DNA from: Isurus oxyrinchus
Lineage: Eukaryota
Reading direction: 5' to 3'
Assembly: GCA_026770705.1 (NCBI GenBank)
Contig: JANJGN010000026.1
Span: forward strand, 35,464,001 to 35,528,000
Length of the DNA: 64,000 nucleotides
A program made the translations under genes and the position numbers. Positions 1 through 12,508 of this stretch are shown here, piece by piece. The first letter of the stretch is position 1. Each line of letters starts with the position of its first letter. The notes under the pieces were generated by a model that was not told the DNA's origin, did not search any database, and saw only the letters and a list, made by a program, of their open reading frames with translations.

Positions 1-899
1 TAAGAATTAAGCATGAATCTCAGATATAATCTGTTCTTCTCCTATAATTCTATTCTGTGTACAGCACAGCAATGGGAGACAGGATGTTGTTGTTAAGTAC
101 AAAACTAATACTAATGTTTGCAATTAATCTGTTCGAATTTCAAGCTTTTACTTGTCAATCTCTATTTATCTGCTGTCTGCACCTTCTTACAGTTTAAAAA
201 AATGCAAGAACAATTCCTTTACTGCCAGCGAATTATACCCCCCATTAAACTGTTTAAAATTAGATTAGTGACAATTATCTCGCTATTCAAATCCCAATGA
301 CATTGAAGGAATAATGTGGTTACGGCTGCACAGAAAGAATGTGATAACCGAAAAGACATATTGCCAAACTGCAATAACAAACTCATCTAAGTCAAGGCAA
401 ATGTTATCAGGGACATAAAAAAGTAATTCAAAATCTCGTCTGAAACTGAACAATTCTGTAGAATCAGTATATTCTTACTGAGATTTTTTCATGCATAATC
501 ACAAAATGTTTCCAGCCTAAAAACTTTCCCGATCATGTTAATTGTGCGCAGAGCACAGCAGAATTGTGAAAGCCGATTAATGATCAATTAGGTTAATATG
601 AAAGCTGCTCCATCAATATGGAGAAATATTAACACATTATAATCGTTTGAATTGTATTAACTTTACTGTACAATTTGAAAACTTGGCAATTGTATAGTTT
701 CTAAATGCAGTAACGAATTATGTTCTGAATGAGCGTCATAATCCATGGTTTAGTTTATTCTGCAATTACACTTAAAATAAAGACAAAATGTGCTAACACA
801 TCTGTAAATGCTTTTTTTGCCCATTTCTGAAACCTGTCTGTTTTCTGCCTACAATCGCGCTTCATGCAGATACAAACGCATAGGCTGCTTCGATTCAAT

Positions 900-1590
900 C
901 GCAAAACGTGTAACCGCTCAATGTGACCGAGTTTAAACAAAGCAGAACCGCCAAACCTTTTCATAAATTCAACTAATTCAAAGTCACCCAGACACACAAT
1001 CTCCTCAGCAGAAAAACACCAAATCACGTCACGGAGGGGCTGAAACCCTCAAGGAGAAGCAGTTCAATTCTACAAACACTTCCAACAGAATTCATTGCAA
1101 CATTGCAAGAAAATCTCAATGTCGAATCCAGGCAATCCGCTCGTCAGCAAATGTATGAATTATTAAACTAAACAGAAATATGGAATAATGTCAACAGCAT
1201 TGTGAGTAGGCGGAACATATTCAATGAATTTATATTGAAATTTAAGCACATTTTGTTAATATTGGGTTTGATTTCAAACCTATTTAAACCCTTGTGCAAC
1301 AGATGGTAAAACCCGCAGCCATTAGATGTTACCGAGATTAAACATTGCAGAAACGTCAAACTGTTCTAACAAACGTTAGATATTTTAAGTAGCCCGACCA
1401 CACATTATCCTCAGCAGATAAACACCAAATCACAACAACCAGGGACCGAATCCCTCAGCAGCGCTATTTATCAAGACACAGCGGAATCATATAATTCAAT
1501 TTAAGCAGAATCACATGAAATATTGTAAAAAATTCTGCATACAGAATCCACCAAACCCAGGTTTCATTGGCTGAATTAATTATTAAAATA
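900..1590. repeat. Diverged ~405-bp tandem duplication in the JH-C intron
   Basis: tcctcagcaga(a/t)aaacaccaaatcac at 1002 and 1408; atgt(g/t)accgag(t/a)ttaaaca at 921 and 1326. Confidence 0.65.
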
Positions 1591-1650
1591 GACAAAAAAC
1601 AAAGCAAAGACTCAAATAAAACAGTTAGTAAATAAATGTGTAGTTCTTAC

Positions 1651-1698
1651 CGGCAGTCACCGTCATCATGGTCCCTTGGCCCCAGTAGCCCATACCGT
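1651..1698 (-). CDS. IGHJ: IgH J segment (GMGYWGQGTMMTVTA) with 23-RSS
   Basis: WGXG motif; phase-1 donor gtaag at 1650-1646; RSS cacagtg(1699-1705)-23-acaataact(1729-1737). Confidence 0.96.
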
Positions 1699-2095
1699 CA
1701 CAGTGTTACATTCCCTGGGCTGTGCCATACAATAACTGTCCCTGCAGCAAAAAGACAGAAATCCGCCATTATTTTAAATATTCATAAGTCAGAGGCAAAG
1801 CGAGGTCACGATGAATCTTCACGAAATTATATTTGCGTTTGTAGATATCTTTGGCTATTCATCAATGATCCTCATCTTTTATAATTCACAGAATAACACA
1901 TGAACATGTTATTGAATTCACCAACTGAAGAATGGGTAATTATCACAGCTTTTCCATCTTAAACCATGTTTTTGTGGGCATTGCTGGACAGAAATAATAC
2001 TTCACTGTACATATAGTTGGATTGTAAAAGCGAGCACTGACCCAGGCAGACTCAATTAGTGCTGAGGGGTTTTTGTATTGACAGTAACTGCTGTG

Positions 2096-2108
2096 CCATC
2101 CAGTATAT
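2096..2108 (-). CDS. IGHD: IgH D2 segment ATATACTGGATGG with 12/12 RSS
   Basis: Plus strand: ggtttttgt(2068-2076)-12-tgctgtg(2089-2095)-D-cacagtg(2109-2115)-12-tcaaatact(2128-2136). Confidence 0.93.
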
Positions 2109-2483
2109 CACAGTGAGACACACCATGTCAAATACTGTGGCAGACTGTTAACTGTAAATACAGAGATTTAATTTCACTGCGCTCTCAAAAACCTGATTCC
2201 GACTCGCTTAAGTGTGAATCAGTGAGATATTTCAGCCTGTGCTGGTCATTATATTTTAAATGTGACTGGAGGTCTTTAAAAGCCTCTGTGAAGATTTAGC
2301 GTGTCCGTAAACACAAACAAAGCAGAATACTTTTATATATTTTTGCAAACCAATATTACTTATACCCATTATTTTATTTAGCTCCCATTTTCTTTGACTT
2401 TTCCTGTTGTGATCGTGATCACCAATTTGAACAAACTCGTTCTGAAGTTTTTGTATGAGGATGTCGCTGTGCACAGCACTGTG

Positions 2484-2496
2484 ACCCCCGTAGTAT
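2484..2496 (-). CDS. IGHD: IgH D1 segment ATACTACGGGGGT with 5' 12-RSS and 3' 22-RSS
   Basis: Plus strand: agtttttgt(2446-2454)-22-cactgtg(2477-2483)-D-cacagtg(2497-2503)-12-acaaaaact(2516-2524). All three frames are open (ILRG, YYGG, TTG). Confidence 0.95.
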
Positions 2497-2894
2497 CACA
2501 GTGAAATACACCCGCACAAAAACTGCACCCACTCTCTGTTCAGTGCTGCCTCGCAATATTTACTTCAAATAGACGTTTACTTCTGATCTAGTTTAGTATT
2601 TATGCAGCAATTTACAAAACTCAATGAATAGTGATCCCGTCCAAGTATCAGACATATTAAAATGAACATTATATCTATGTCTGTAATTGCGGAAACTGTT
2701 AACAGTAAATGTAAGCACAGCCAAAAGCTCAGCCCATTATATCAATTGGTTTGTTAGGTTTTACAGTTAAATTTGCTGCTTTACTTTTGTCAGAAGCGAC
2801 TTGTTGTCGGGTTCTGATCATTACAGTTAATATTACATTTAAAACAAGTACTGACCATCAGGTTACGATGGCAGTTGTTGAGTTTCTCTCGATC

Positions 2895-2933
2895 TGTTCT
2901 TGTTCGGGTCCAGCCCTGGTTCCTCTCGCTGTG
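2895..2933 (-). other. VH 3' RSS, 23-bp spacer
   Basis: CACAGCG (2933-2927) + 23 nt + ACAAGAACA (2903-2895). Confidence 0.95.
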
Positions 2934-3411
2934 GTTTCTTGCACAGTAATAGATGGCGGTGTCTTCAGTCTTCAGGTTCGTCATGTCCAAGGAGAAGATG
3001 TTCCTTGAAGTGTCTTTGGACGCAGTGAATCGATTCTTAATTGCTGGGGCATAGTTGTTGCTGGATGAACTATAGTAGAAAACCAGCCACTCCAGCCCCT
3101 GTCCGGGAACCTGTCGGACCCAGTACATGTCGTAGCTGCCAAGATCGAAGCCGCTGGTTTTACAGGTCAGTCTCAGGGAGCCTCCGGGACGCCCGGTCTC
3201 TGCCTCTGGCTGAGTCAACACAACCCCCGACTGGACACCTGTAAAAATATATCAAAAACCCCGAGGATTAATCCTGGTGAAATGATTTCTGACTCTAACA
3301 TTCCAGAGAGAGACTAACACTGAGACAGTAACAGTGAGATACTTGGACAATAAAAAACTACTCACGGGATAAGAAAGTCAGCAACAAACTGAGAGAAATC
3401 GCCGACCTCAT
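2934..3411 (-). CDS. IGHV: IgM-type heavy-chain V gene segment, germline and apparently functional (leader exon 3411-3366, V exon 3238-2934)
   Basis: Spliced product [19 protein letters not shown]|[49 protein letters not shown]...[33 protein letters not shown]. Phase-1 GT..AG intron; Cys23, Trp41 and YYC intact. The framework matches the shark IgM VH pattern as I know it. Confidence 0.96.
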
Positions 3412-3494
3412 CGTTTTGGTCATTTGGGGAAAATGGTTCTGTCCAGAACTCAGTGCACAAACCAACTCCCGGACTGTTGGATTCCGGCCTCAGT

Positions 3495-3545
3495 GAGCGG
3501 CATTTAAATACCTGGCAGAAAGGGGGCGGGTTTCCAGGCGCCGCC
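3495..3545 (-). promoter_or_regulatory. Probable VH core promoter (TATA-like TATTTAAA and GC box), no canonical octamer
   Basis: TATTTAAATG about 90 nt upstream of the ATG and GGGGGCGGG at about 3522-3530; no ATGCAAAT/ATTTGCAT seen nearby. Confidence 0.5.
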
Positions 3546-5339
3546 TGTTGATTCCCTGGTGGAGGCGGCGACTGGATCCATGCCCCACCTTCCACATCCC
3601 CAACAGAATGGACTCAGATATTTACAATAGGTTATTGTTAAAAGTGGAAATTTTATCTGTATCGGGATATTTGGCTGAATGGATTCATTGTAATGTCTCC
3701 ATTGGTTCTAATAGCGAAATTGCATTTGAGCATCTATTAATAAAAAATCTAATTCCATTGTAAATTAAGTCCATTTATGTCTACACTACTGCCCACGGGG
3801 TTGAGCCTAAAAAAATTACATTATCAGGGAATAAAGGTCAGTTTGTTTTGCAGCAACCCCGGGTCTATATCTCACTACAATAATTAAGCGTCATCAGTCA
3901 TAGGAATTATTATTGATTTTTGTAACTAAATGCGGGGGATGAACAAAGTGATTCTGTTTACAGCCAGGGTGGCTATCGCTGTACAATTTGGGTCCGAAGA
4001 TAAGAAGAATCTCCTCCCATTATACAATGCCTCTCCTTGCATTTCTCGATCTGCCCAGTTCCAAAGACAGCCCTGTGAAAATTAGCGATAAAAGAAGCCC
4101 GCCTGCCTGATAAGTCAACAGTAAGTTTACAGAGAAACGTAAAATTTACATCAACTTTCGACAAAGAAGTTAATGAATCAGAACAGACACGGAGATGAGA
4201 AAAGTTATCCTTCAGCATCCAAATCATTGCAGCTAATTTTTTTGGCCTCCCGCTGTCTACCATTCACTGGTATTGGGAACACAGGATATCAGGACTTTGC
4301 GGCATATTACACAATATCACAAGAATAAATGTTTTATCTTCCACTGAAGCGGGTCATGAACTTATCATTTCTCCACTCATTGGCAGCTATGAGAGGGACT
4401 GTTAAATAATCGAAATAATCACAAAGTAAACTGTACAGTTCACGGTACTAATGAGGTATAAGGGACCCCACAGGCTAAATGAGGTGCACAACTGGAGGAA
4501 TATTCAAGGAATTCCTGCAGGTTCAATACAATTCTATGATGTTCTTTTAATTTAATTTCTTTTAATTTTTTTTCCATTCTACTTAACTCATTAGACTGGG
4601 GGATTGAGACCATCAACATCGCTCTCTCGCTCTCCATGAAGTTCTTAATAAACCGGCTTTAATAACTGGAATGCCCTTTACTTAGAAATAATATAAATTA
4701 AGTAATATGTGGTGAATTTAATATTTTCTGATCGAGTTTAATTTCACGGTGAACACAGCATTCATTCAAATATTTCCTTTAATGAAGTACCATTTAAAAT
4801 GTGCCTTTCGTGTGCCACAGAAATATTTATTGTTTGAATGGCTAAAACCATTTTGTTCAATCATATCCCGGCTAATCCAACCCACACAGTATTTGGAAGC
4901 AAGCCAGCCAGCTGCAGTCAGGGAGGCTCGAATGTCCGATGTTGTTTACAGGAAGCATCTGGGGGGTTTGTGCAGTTAATCAAAGATCTGTTTCCTCAGA
5001 ACTGGCCGCTTGGCTGCAAGCCAACTTCAAACCCTTAGCATTGTCAACAAGGCCTATTTATAAACAAATCTACCCAGCAACAACACTGGAGTCACTTTTA
5101 TTTTTTAAGTTGTGAACCTATGTGAACTGTTCCCATCTCTCAGGGAAGAAAAGTTATCCAGCTTCTCTGACACCCTGTTAGCAACAATAGCTCATTGGAG
5201 GATCTCTCCAACACATCATAAAAGTCTGATGGATGGATGGAAAGAATTACAGACAGACTATTAGAGAGGACTCAGAGAGAGGCCACATGTTTTTAACAAT
5301 CAAACATATACATTTGTGTGATTTTTTTGCCCCTTTACT

Positions 5340-5695
5340 CTTTCACGGGATGTGGGAGTCATTGGCAAGGCCAGCATTTGTTGCCTGTCCCTAACTGCCT
5401 TTGAACTGAGTGCCTTGTTCGGCCATTTCAGAGGGCAGTTAGAGTCCATCATGTTGTGCGGATCTGGAGTTACATGTAGGCCAGACTAGGTACAGTGGCA
5501 GATTTCCTTTCCTGAAGGACATTAGTGAATCAGATGAGTTTTTTTCCACAGTCGATGGTGGTTTCACGGTTTCCTTCACTGGACCAGCTTTCAATCACAG
5601 ATTTATTATTGAATTTAAATTCCACCAGCTGCTATCGTGGGATTTGTATTCGTGTCTTTGTTGCTTATCCAGTGACATTAATACAACATAACCAT
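5340..5695 (-). mobile_element. tRNA-headed SINE with LINE-type 3' tail
   Basis: Same sequence blocks as the copies at 9085-9600 and 54655-55005. Confidence 0.7.
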
Positions 5696-6450
5696 CTGCC
5701 AAAGATTGGAGGGATGAATGGTAGTTGGATGCCTGAGTATTTTGATTAAGGAATCAATGAATGGGTTGACCGATGTATCGATCGGCGCGCCTGAAAAATG
5801 CTGTTCTACCTTCCCATCTTGGTGCATGACTACTTTATAGCTTGAAGCAGGTTCAGTATTTTATTTCTATCAGTCTAAAACCTTCAGTGCCTCCAGATTT
5901 TCTGGATGTATTCCATCCCCAGGCTAACGAGCTAAACGTCACAAGAGAAGGCTGGAGATGTCTCTGCAGTACTGATGATTCTTCCCCGCTGATGGTAAAT
6001 CATCATCTTTCAGACAGAAAGCGGGTACATAATTCGGTTTAGGATGGAGGATTGTAATATTTGAAATATGTGGTCCTTGCATGTACAACAAAACATTCAA
6101 CATATCCTCACCCAAATTAGTGAAGGTAACATATATTACTCACTGGAGAGACGCATTAACTTACAGTCAGGTCCAGGTAGTTTTCTTTATACCATCACTT
6201 TACAAATCCTCACACACTCCAGTTACATATCAGGAGTTTCTGTGTGATGATGAGGTGATTACTTGTCAATAAAGCGCAGAGGCTGCTGGGTAGCTGCTCA
6301 TTAACCTCGGTCTGATTTAATTCCATTTCCCACTGAATTCTGGGACAGATGTAATTCATTGCTGACAGAATGGTCAATCGATGTTAATGATATTAAATGA
6401 ATCGCAATTACATTTGAATGGAATAAAATGCTGAAAATGATTGGCTCATG

Positions 6451-6700
6451 CAATTATTAATCTTTGTGAATGGATGATAATTTCTGAACTTAATTATTTG
6501 TCTTGTGAATTGATGGTAATTGGTGAATATAATTATTTATATTTGTGGGTTAATGATAATTGGTGAATATAATTATTTATCGTTGTGAATTGATGCTAAT
6601 TGGTGAATATACTTATTTATCTTTGCGAATTGATGATAATTCTTGAATATAATTATTCACCTTTGGGAATTGATAAAGGTTGGTGTTGATAATTATTTGC
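6451..6700. repeat. 40-bp AT-rich minisatellite, about 6 copies
   Basis: Unit approximately aattatttatctttgtgaattgatgataattggtgaatat. Confidence 0.85.
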
Positions 6701-8110
6701 CTTTCTCCGCCTTTACAACCTTCTTCTCTGTTGAAAGATAAGGTTCATTCCACAGGAGGTGAATGATACAAAAATCACCACACTATCTGAAAACAAAGCC
6801 GACAGGTGAGACTGCAACAACTACAGGGATATCTCACTCAGAGAGTCACGGAGAAGGCCATTCCTTGGGTCATGCTTTAAAGACATCATCTGGTTTCAGG
6901 CTGAAGCACAGTGTGATGTTTGTGTCAGATGATAAACTCTGGACATGATTTGCTCCACACGCTCGACACCGTCAGCAGAGCAGGACTCTACAAGATTTTT
7001 GGGAAAATTGGCTGTTCACCAAAGCTCCCCAGTCTCAACCACTCCTTCCATGACAACATGCACTGCACTGCACAGATTGGTGATTCTTCTTCCGACAGAT
7101 TTGGAGTGAAGAATGGAGTGAAACAGGCTTGTGTCCAACTCCCACTCTGTTTTCATGCAGCTGATCTTTGTCTTCCCTGTCGATATGGAAGGAGTCGACT
7201 TACACACTCGATCAGACCACAAGCTCCACAATCTTTTAGACAGAAAGCGAAGACAAAAACACATTGAATCCTGATCAGAGAATTCCTCCACGCTGATAAC
7301 TCTGTCATCAAAACGGAAACTTATCCACAAGGACTGATGAACTGACTGTCCCAAGCCTGTAACTTGTTCTCCCTGCCTATAAACATGGAGAAAACCGTGG
7401 TCATGGGATAAGGTGTTGCATTTCCGTCATTGATCACACTAAATAACAAACGGATGGAAGTAAATTCCACTCCCTGGATTCCATGGTGATAGGCAGCTTG
7501 TTCCTTGATGAAGAACCTGATACCCACATGGGGAAAGCAGCTGCCACCTTTGCCTGACTCAAGAAACGCCCCTGGAATAACATCAAACTGACCCTTAGGA
7601 CCAAGCTGATGGCTTTTAAGGTTTGTGTACTCAGCACCTTGTTGAATGGCTGTGAAACATGGGCGATTTACCGTTATCAAGTAAAGAAGCTCCACAATTT
7701 CCATCTTCAATACCTGCTGCGCATTATGGGTATGTACTGGCTGGATAAAGTCACGAATGCAGTGATACTCTCAAAGGCAGAGCTCCTAAGGCTGAAGAAC
7801 TCATTAAACAGAAGTGGTTTTTGTGGCTTGTGAACATTCGCAGATGGAAGATGGTCACAGACACAAGGATTTTCTGTTTGGTGAGGGAGCTGGAGGCAGA
7901 CAACCAGTGGGATGCCCAAAGCTCTGCTTCAAGGCTGCTTGAAGTGAAGGCCCTAAATATCGATTCTCACAACTGAGTGTAACTAACTGACCACTGAGGA
8001 AAATGGCGACACCTCCTGTGGATTGGCGTGAATCACCACGATGACCAGCTGCTAAAGCGGTTTGGAAATCGAGGCCAACACTGGGAAAAAAAACCTAGCC
8101 ACAACGACAC
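6700..8110 (+). mobile_element. Degenerate RTE-clade LINE, 3' part of the RT ORF
   Basis: GVKNGVKQAC (GVxQGC-like RT motif) and VLSTLLNGCETW...LLRIMGMYWLDKVTNAVIL, typical of RTE C-termini; many frameshifts. Confidence 0.8.
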
Positions 8111-9084
8111 TTTGTAGCTTCATGTGCAGCACTTGTGGCACAGCCTGCCTCATAATGATTGAACTCCTTAGCAATCAGCACATCTGAAATGGGTTTGTTT
8201 CCATTGTGTGTCTGTGACCTTTCATAGATGGAATGTTGTCCAGAATCTTCGTGAATTTCAGTTGCAAACAATGTGATGAGCTTCTCGCTCTTTCTCTCCC
8301 TCCCAATCTCCCTCATACACACACAGACCAAAATGGCACCTTGTACTTCAACTTAAGATGTCACCTTGACTTCCTGGGAGGCTCCATAGGCCTTAACTAT
8401 TGAAGAAAATGACCCTAACTGTCTATCAGGTGGTATCATGAACCAATAAACTCTTCCCAAGACTATATTTGTTGAGGTGGATATTAAAGCTCCCGCCAAC
8501 TCTATACAGCTCCCTGGTCAACATCCCTCCCTTTGATCAAGATGAACAAAGTTACATCACCAGGAATTAGGCCGCTTCATTCTGGTGCTGACTTTAACGT
8601 GCGTTAATCAAACACGTTCAACTGTAATTAGTTGAATTTTGTTAAATTTTGACACCTCCCGCAGAAGGCGATGTGGTATTACATCTAGGGAAGTGGATTC
8701 TTGATACAATAATGTCAAAGATCTAACCTGACAGCGACATTTTCACAGTAGCTACAATTGCAAAGTTTGGCCAGCAGATGGACATGAAATCTTCATGGAC
8801 ACATTCTATAAAACAGGCATTGACTCAGTTAATACTGCACTGGACCCTGTCTCTGTCTTTTTAAATTGGACTCCATTTATTTTTATGTTAGACCAAACAC
8901 TCTCTCTTTATATTTCAATGTACCCTGTTTCAATTAATACTGCACCAGTCAATACCAATATTTATATCACACAGTCCGGAAGTTCCTAATTCAAACCGAT
9001 CGGATTTACCTCTGCAGTCCTGTCACATCCAGTTGTAAATGGTGGTGGACAAGTAAACAAATAACTGGAGAATGGGGCTCCACA

Positions 9085-9600
9085 AAGCTGTGGGTCTGGA
9101 GTTATATGTATGAGAGGCAGTGATGTGCTGCTATTGTCACTGGGCTAGTAAATCGTTGGGGGTCTGGGTTTGAATCCCACCACGGTACGTGGTGAAATTT
9201 GAAACAAAAAATCTAATGATGACCATGAAACCATTGTCGTAAAAACCCAGCCTAACAAGCTGGTGTTCTCAAGGGGGCGTTTAGGGACGGGCAATAAATG
9301 CTGGCCTAACCAGCGCCGCCCTCATTCTCATGAACGAACAAACAAAAAAATGTAGTCCTGACTGGGTAAGGAGGGCAGATTACCTTACCTAAAGGACATC
9401 GGTGAACCAGGTGGATATTTATGATAATTGATTATAGTTTCATGGTCACCAGTATTGAGATGAGCTTTCAATTCCAGATTTATTAATCGAATTTGGATTC
9501 CACATGCTGCCATAATGGGATTCAAACCCCTATCCCCAGGGAAAAGGCTTGGATCTCTGGGTTAATGATCCAGTGACGTTCCCACTGTACGATCATCCCT
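9085..9600. mobile_element. Nested SINEs (+ copy at about 9113-9350 inside a - copy)
   Basis: B-box-like ggtttgaatccc, gggcaataaatgctggcc tail and A-rich end; the flanks match the 5340-5695 element. Confidence 0.65.
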
Positions 9601-9711
9601 CCCATGTTATACAGGATCCTGGTTCGATTATTAATTCCCTGAGAACTACATTATTTCTATTGTGCTGGATCAGGCCTCTGTTTGTATTAAAATAGACCCT
9701 ATCTCATTAAT

Positions 9712-9806
9712 AACAAAACAAAAACAGAATAACCTGGAAAAACTCAGCAGGTCTGGCAGCATCGGCGGAGAAGAAAAGAGTTGACGTTTCGAGTCCTCAT
9801 GACCCT
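9712..9806 (-). mobile_element. Short Penelope-derived element with 10-bp TSD
   Basis: TSD tctcattaat at 9702-9711 and 9807-9816; nearly identical to the 11.3-kb element. Confidence 0.75.
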
Positions 9807-11276
9807 TCTCATTAATGTTCCACTGGAAGCCATCTCAGTTTGTATTGCACTGGATTCTTTCTCTGTTTATATTACCCTAGGCCCTGTCTCTGTTTATGTT
9901 ATATTAAATCTTGACTATGTCTACATTATAGTGGTCATTGTAACTATGACACTAGGCTATGTTTCTGAAGAAGAGGCATATGGACTCGAAACATTAACTC
10001 TTTTTCTCTCTCCACAGATGCAGTCCAACCTGTTGAGTTTGTCCAGCATTTTCTGCCTTTATTTCAGATTTCCAGCATTTGCAGCATTTTGCTTTTATCT
10101 ATGCCTCTGTTTAAATTATGGTCGCATTACTCCATGTTTCTGTGAGATGGAGAGATAATATGATAAATAAAGATGTTAGGCTAGAAATCAGTATCTGGCA
10201 GTAGCCTGAAAGGACAGTATCAGATTGGCCATATATGCTACACAGCACTTGGTATTCATTTTCAGTGCAGTCAGCAGAATTAGATTTCAGATATCCCTTC
10301 TTTTCCGGCGCCAAATGCCAATTTCCCAGTGGTATGTGTAGGCAGATGGAGGGCATTGTGTTCCCATATGCTTGTTGCCCTTGTTATTCTGGGAGGTGGA
10401 GGTCACAGGTATGGAAGGTGTTGTTGAAGAGGCCTTGGCGAGTTGCTGCAGTGCATCTTGTGGATGGTACACACTGCAGCCACTGTGTGTCGGTGGCTAA
10501 GAGAGTGAATGTTTAACTGCTGGATAAGGAGCTTATCAAGGGGTTGATTTTCCTTGGTTGGTGTGGAGGTTCTTGAGTATTGCTGCAGCTACATTCGTCA
10601 AGGAAAGGAAACAATTTCTAACAGGTATCTGACTTGCAGATTTGCAGATGGTGCAAAGGCTTCGGGGAATCCGGAGGTGAATTATTCGTCACAGGATTCC
10701 CAACCTCTGACCTACTCTTGTAGCCACAGTATTTATACAGCTGGTCCAGTTCAGTTTCTGTTCAATGGCACCTGCACATCGTTGATGGTGGGTTTCAATG
10801 ACGGTAATGTCTTTTGAACATCAAGCGGAGATGTTTGGTTTCTCCATTGTTGGAGTTCGTCATTGCCTGGCACTTGTATGCCGCTAATATCACTTGCAAC
10901 TTATCAATGCAAACTTGTCCAGTTCGAGAAGCAGTAAGTAAGGACGGTTTCATTATCTGAGAGGTCATAAATGGAACTGAACTCTGTGAAAATATGAGCG
11001 AACATCCCCACTCCTGACCCGGTGATGAAGGGAAGGTCATTGATCAAGCTGCCGAAGATGGTTGGACCAACGACACTTTTCTGAGAGACTCCTGGAACTG
11101 GTGCTGAGATGATTGGTCTCCAACAACCACAACATCTTCATATGCGCTAGGTGCGACTCCAGCCAGTGGAGAGACTTGCTCCTGATTCCCGTTGACCTGA
11201 CACTTTCCAAGCTTCCTGATGCCACACTCAGTTAGTAGCTACTTTCACATCAAGTACTGAAGCACTCATACATCAT

Positions 11277-11522
11277 AAAGACAAAACAAAACTGCGGATG
11301 CTGGAAATCCAAAACAAAAACAGAATTACCTGGAAAAACTCAGCAGGTCTGGCAGCATCGGCAGAGAAGAAAAGAGTTGACGTTTCGAGTCTTCATGACC
11401 CTTCGACAGAACTTGATTTCGAGTTGGAACTCGAAATCAAGTTCTGTCGAAGGGTCATGAAGACTCGAAACGTCAACTCTTTTCTTCTCCGCCGATGCTG
11501 CCAGACCTGCTGAGTTTTTCCA
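11277..11522. mobile_element. Penelope-derived inverted-repeat element (95-bp arms, 2-nt loop) with 14-bp TSD
   Basis: Arms 11331-11425 and 11428-11522 with one mismatch; TSD cactcatacatcat at 11263-11276 and 11521-11534. Confidence 0.85.
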
Positions 11523-11829
11523 CTCATACATCATGTCTGGAAGTTCGCTCTCTTGTCCATGTTCAGACCAAGTTTGCAATGAGCTTTGATGCTGGCTGAT
11601 CTGGGTGGATCCAGTCTGAGCTTTGGTGAGCATGTCGGCGACACCTTCAGTCACTTTACTGATGATTGAGAGTAGACTGATTGACCTGCAAGGGGACAGA
11701 CTTGATCTGTTGTCCATTATGTACAGCGCTCTATCTTTACACTATGGTTCATCATTTTCAGGTATGCCTGGTCTTGCTTCTGACCTGCTGGCCTACATTC
11801 CTCATTGTTCCTAGACTGGATGTTAGACT

Positions 11830-12508
11830 CATAGACTCATTGACGTTTACAGCACAGATGGGGGCCATTCGGCCCATCATTTCCGCCCTGGTAAAAAAAG
11901 ATCTGACTACATTAATCCAATTTACCGTGCTTAGCCCATAGCCCTGGAGGCTATGGCAGCTTAAGTGAACATTTAAATCTTTCTTAAATGTTACTAGAGT
12001 TTCTGACTCAACCACCCTTTCGGGCAGTGAGTTCCAAATTTCTACCACCCTCTGGGTGAAAAAGATTCTCCTCAACTCCCCTCTTAGCTTTCTACCTCTT
12101 ATCTAAAATCTCTGCTCTCTGGTTTTTGACCCCTCTACTAATGGAAAAGGTGCCTTCCTATCCACCCTACCTATGCCTCTCAGCAGCCCCTCAACCATCG
12201 TTGCTCCAAGGAAAACAGCCCAGCCTATCCAATCTTTCCTCAGAGTTCAGATGTTCCAGCCCAGACAGCATCTAGGTAAATCTCCTCTGCACTCTCTCCA
12301 GTGCAGTCACATACTTCCTAGAACTGTGGTGACCAGAACTGCAGTAGTGCTCCAGTTGTGGCCTAACCAACGTTTTATACAGTTCCAGCATAACCTCCCT
12401 GCTCTTGTGTTTTATGCTTCAGCTCATAAAGGCAAGTAACCCATATGCCTTCTTAACCACCTCATCTACCTGCTCTGCTACCTTTAGGAATCTGTGGATA
12501 TGCACACT
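11830..12508 (-). mobile_element. CR1 LINE 3' fragment
   Basis: RRIFFTQRVVEIWNSLPERVVES is the CR1 ORF2 C-terminal signature. Confidence 0.85.

Noticed and set aside
2446-2471. Nested heptamer CACAGCG making the D1 3' RSS a dual 12/22 signal
   Set aside because: The distance to the nonamer is 10 bp, outside 12 plus or minus 1.
2942-2948. Cryptic heptamer TACTGTG at the VH 3' end
   Set aside because: A general consequence of Tyr-Cys codons in VH genes; not specific to this locus.
3718-3725. Octamer-like AATTGCAT upstream of VH
   Set aside because: One mismatch, about 310 bp from the ATG, in AT-rich DNA; expected by chance.
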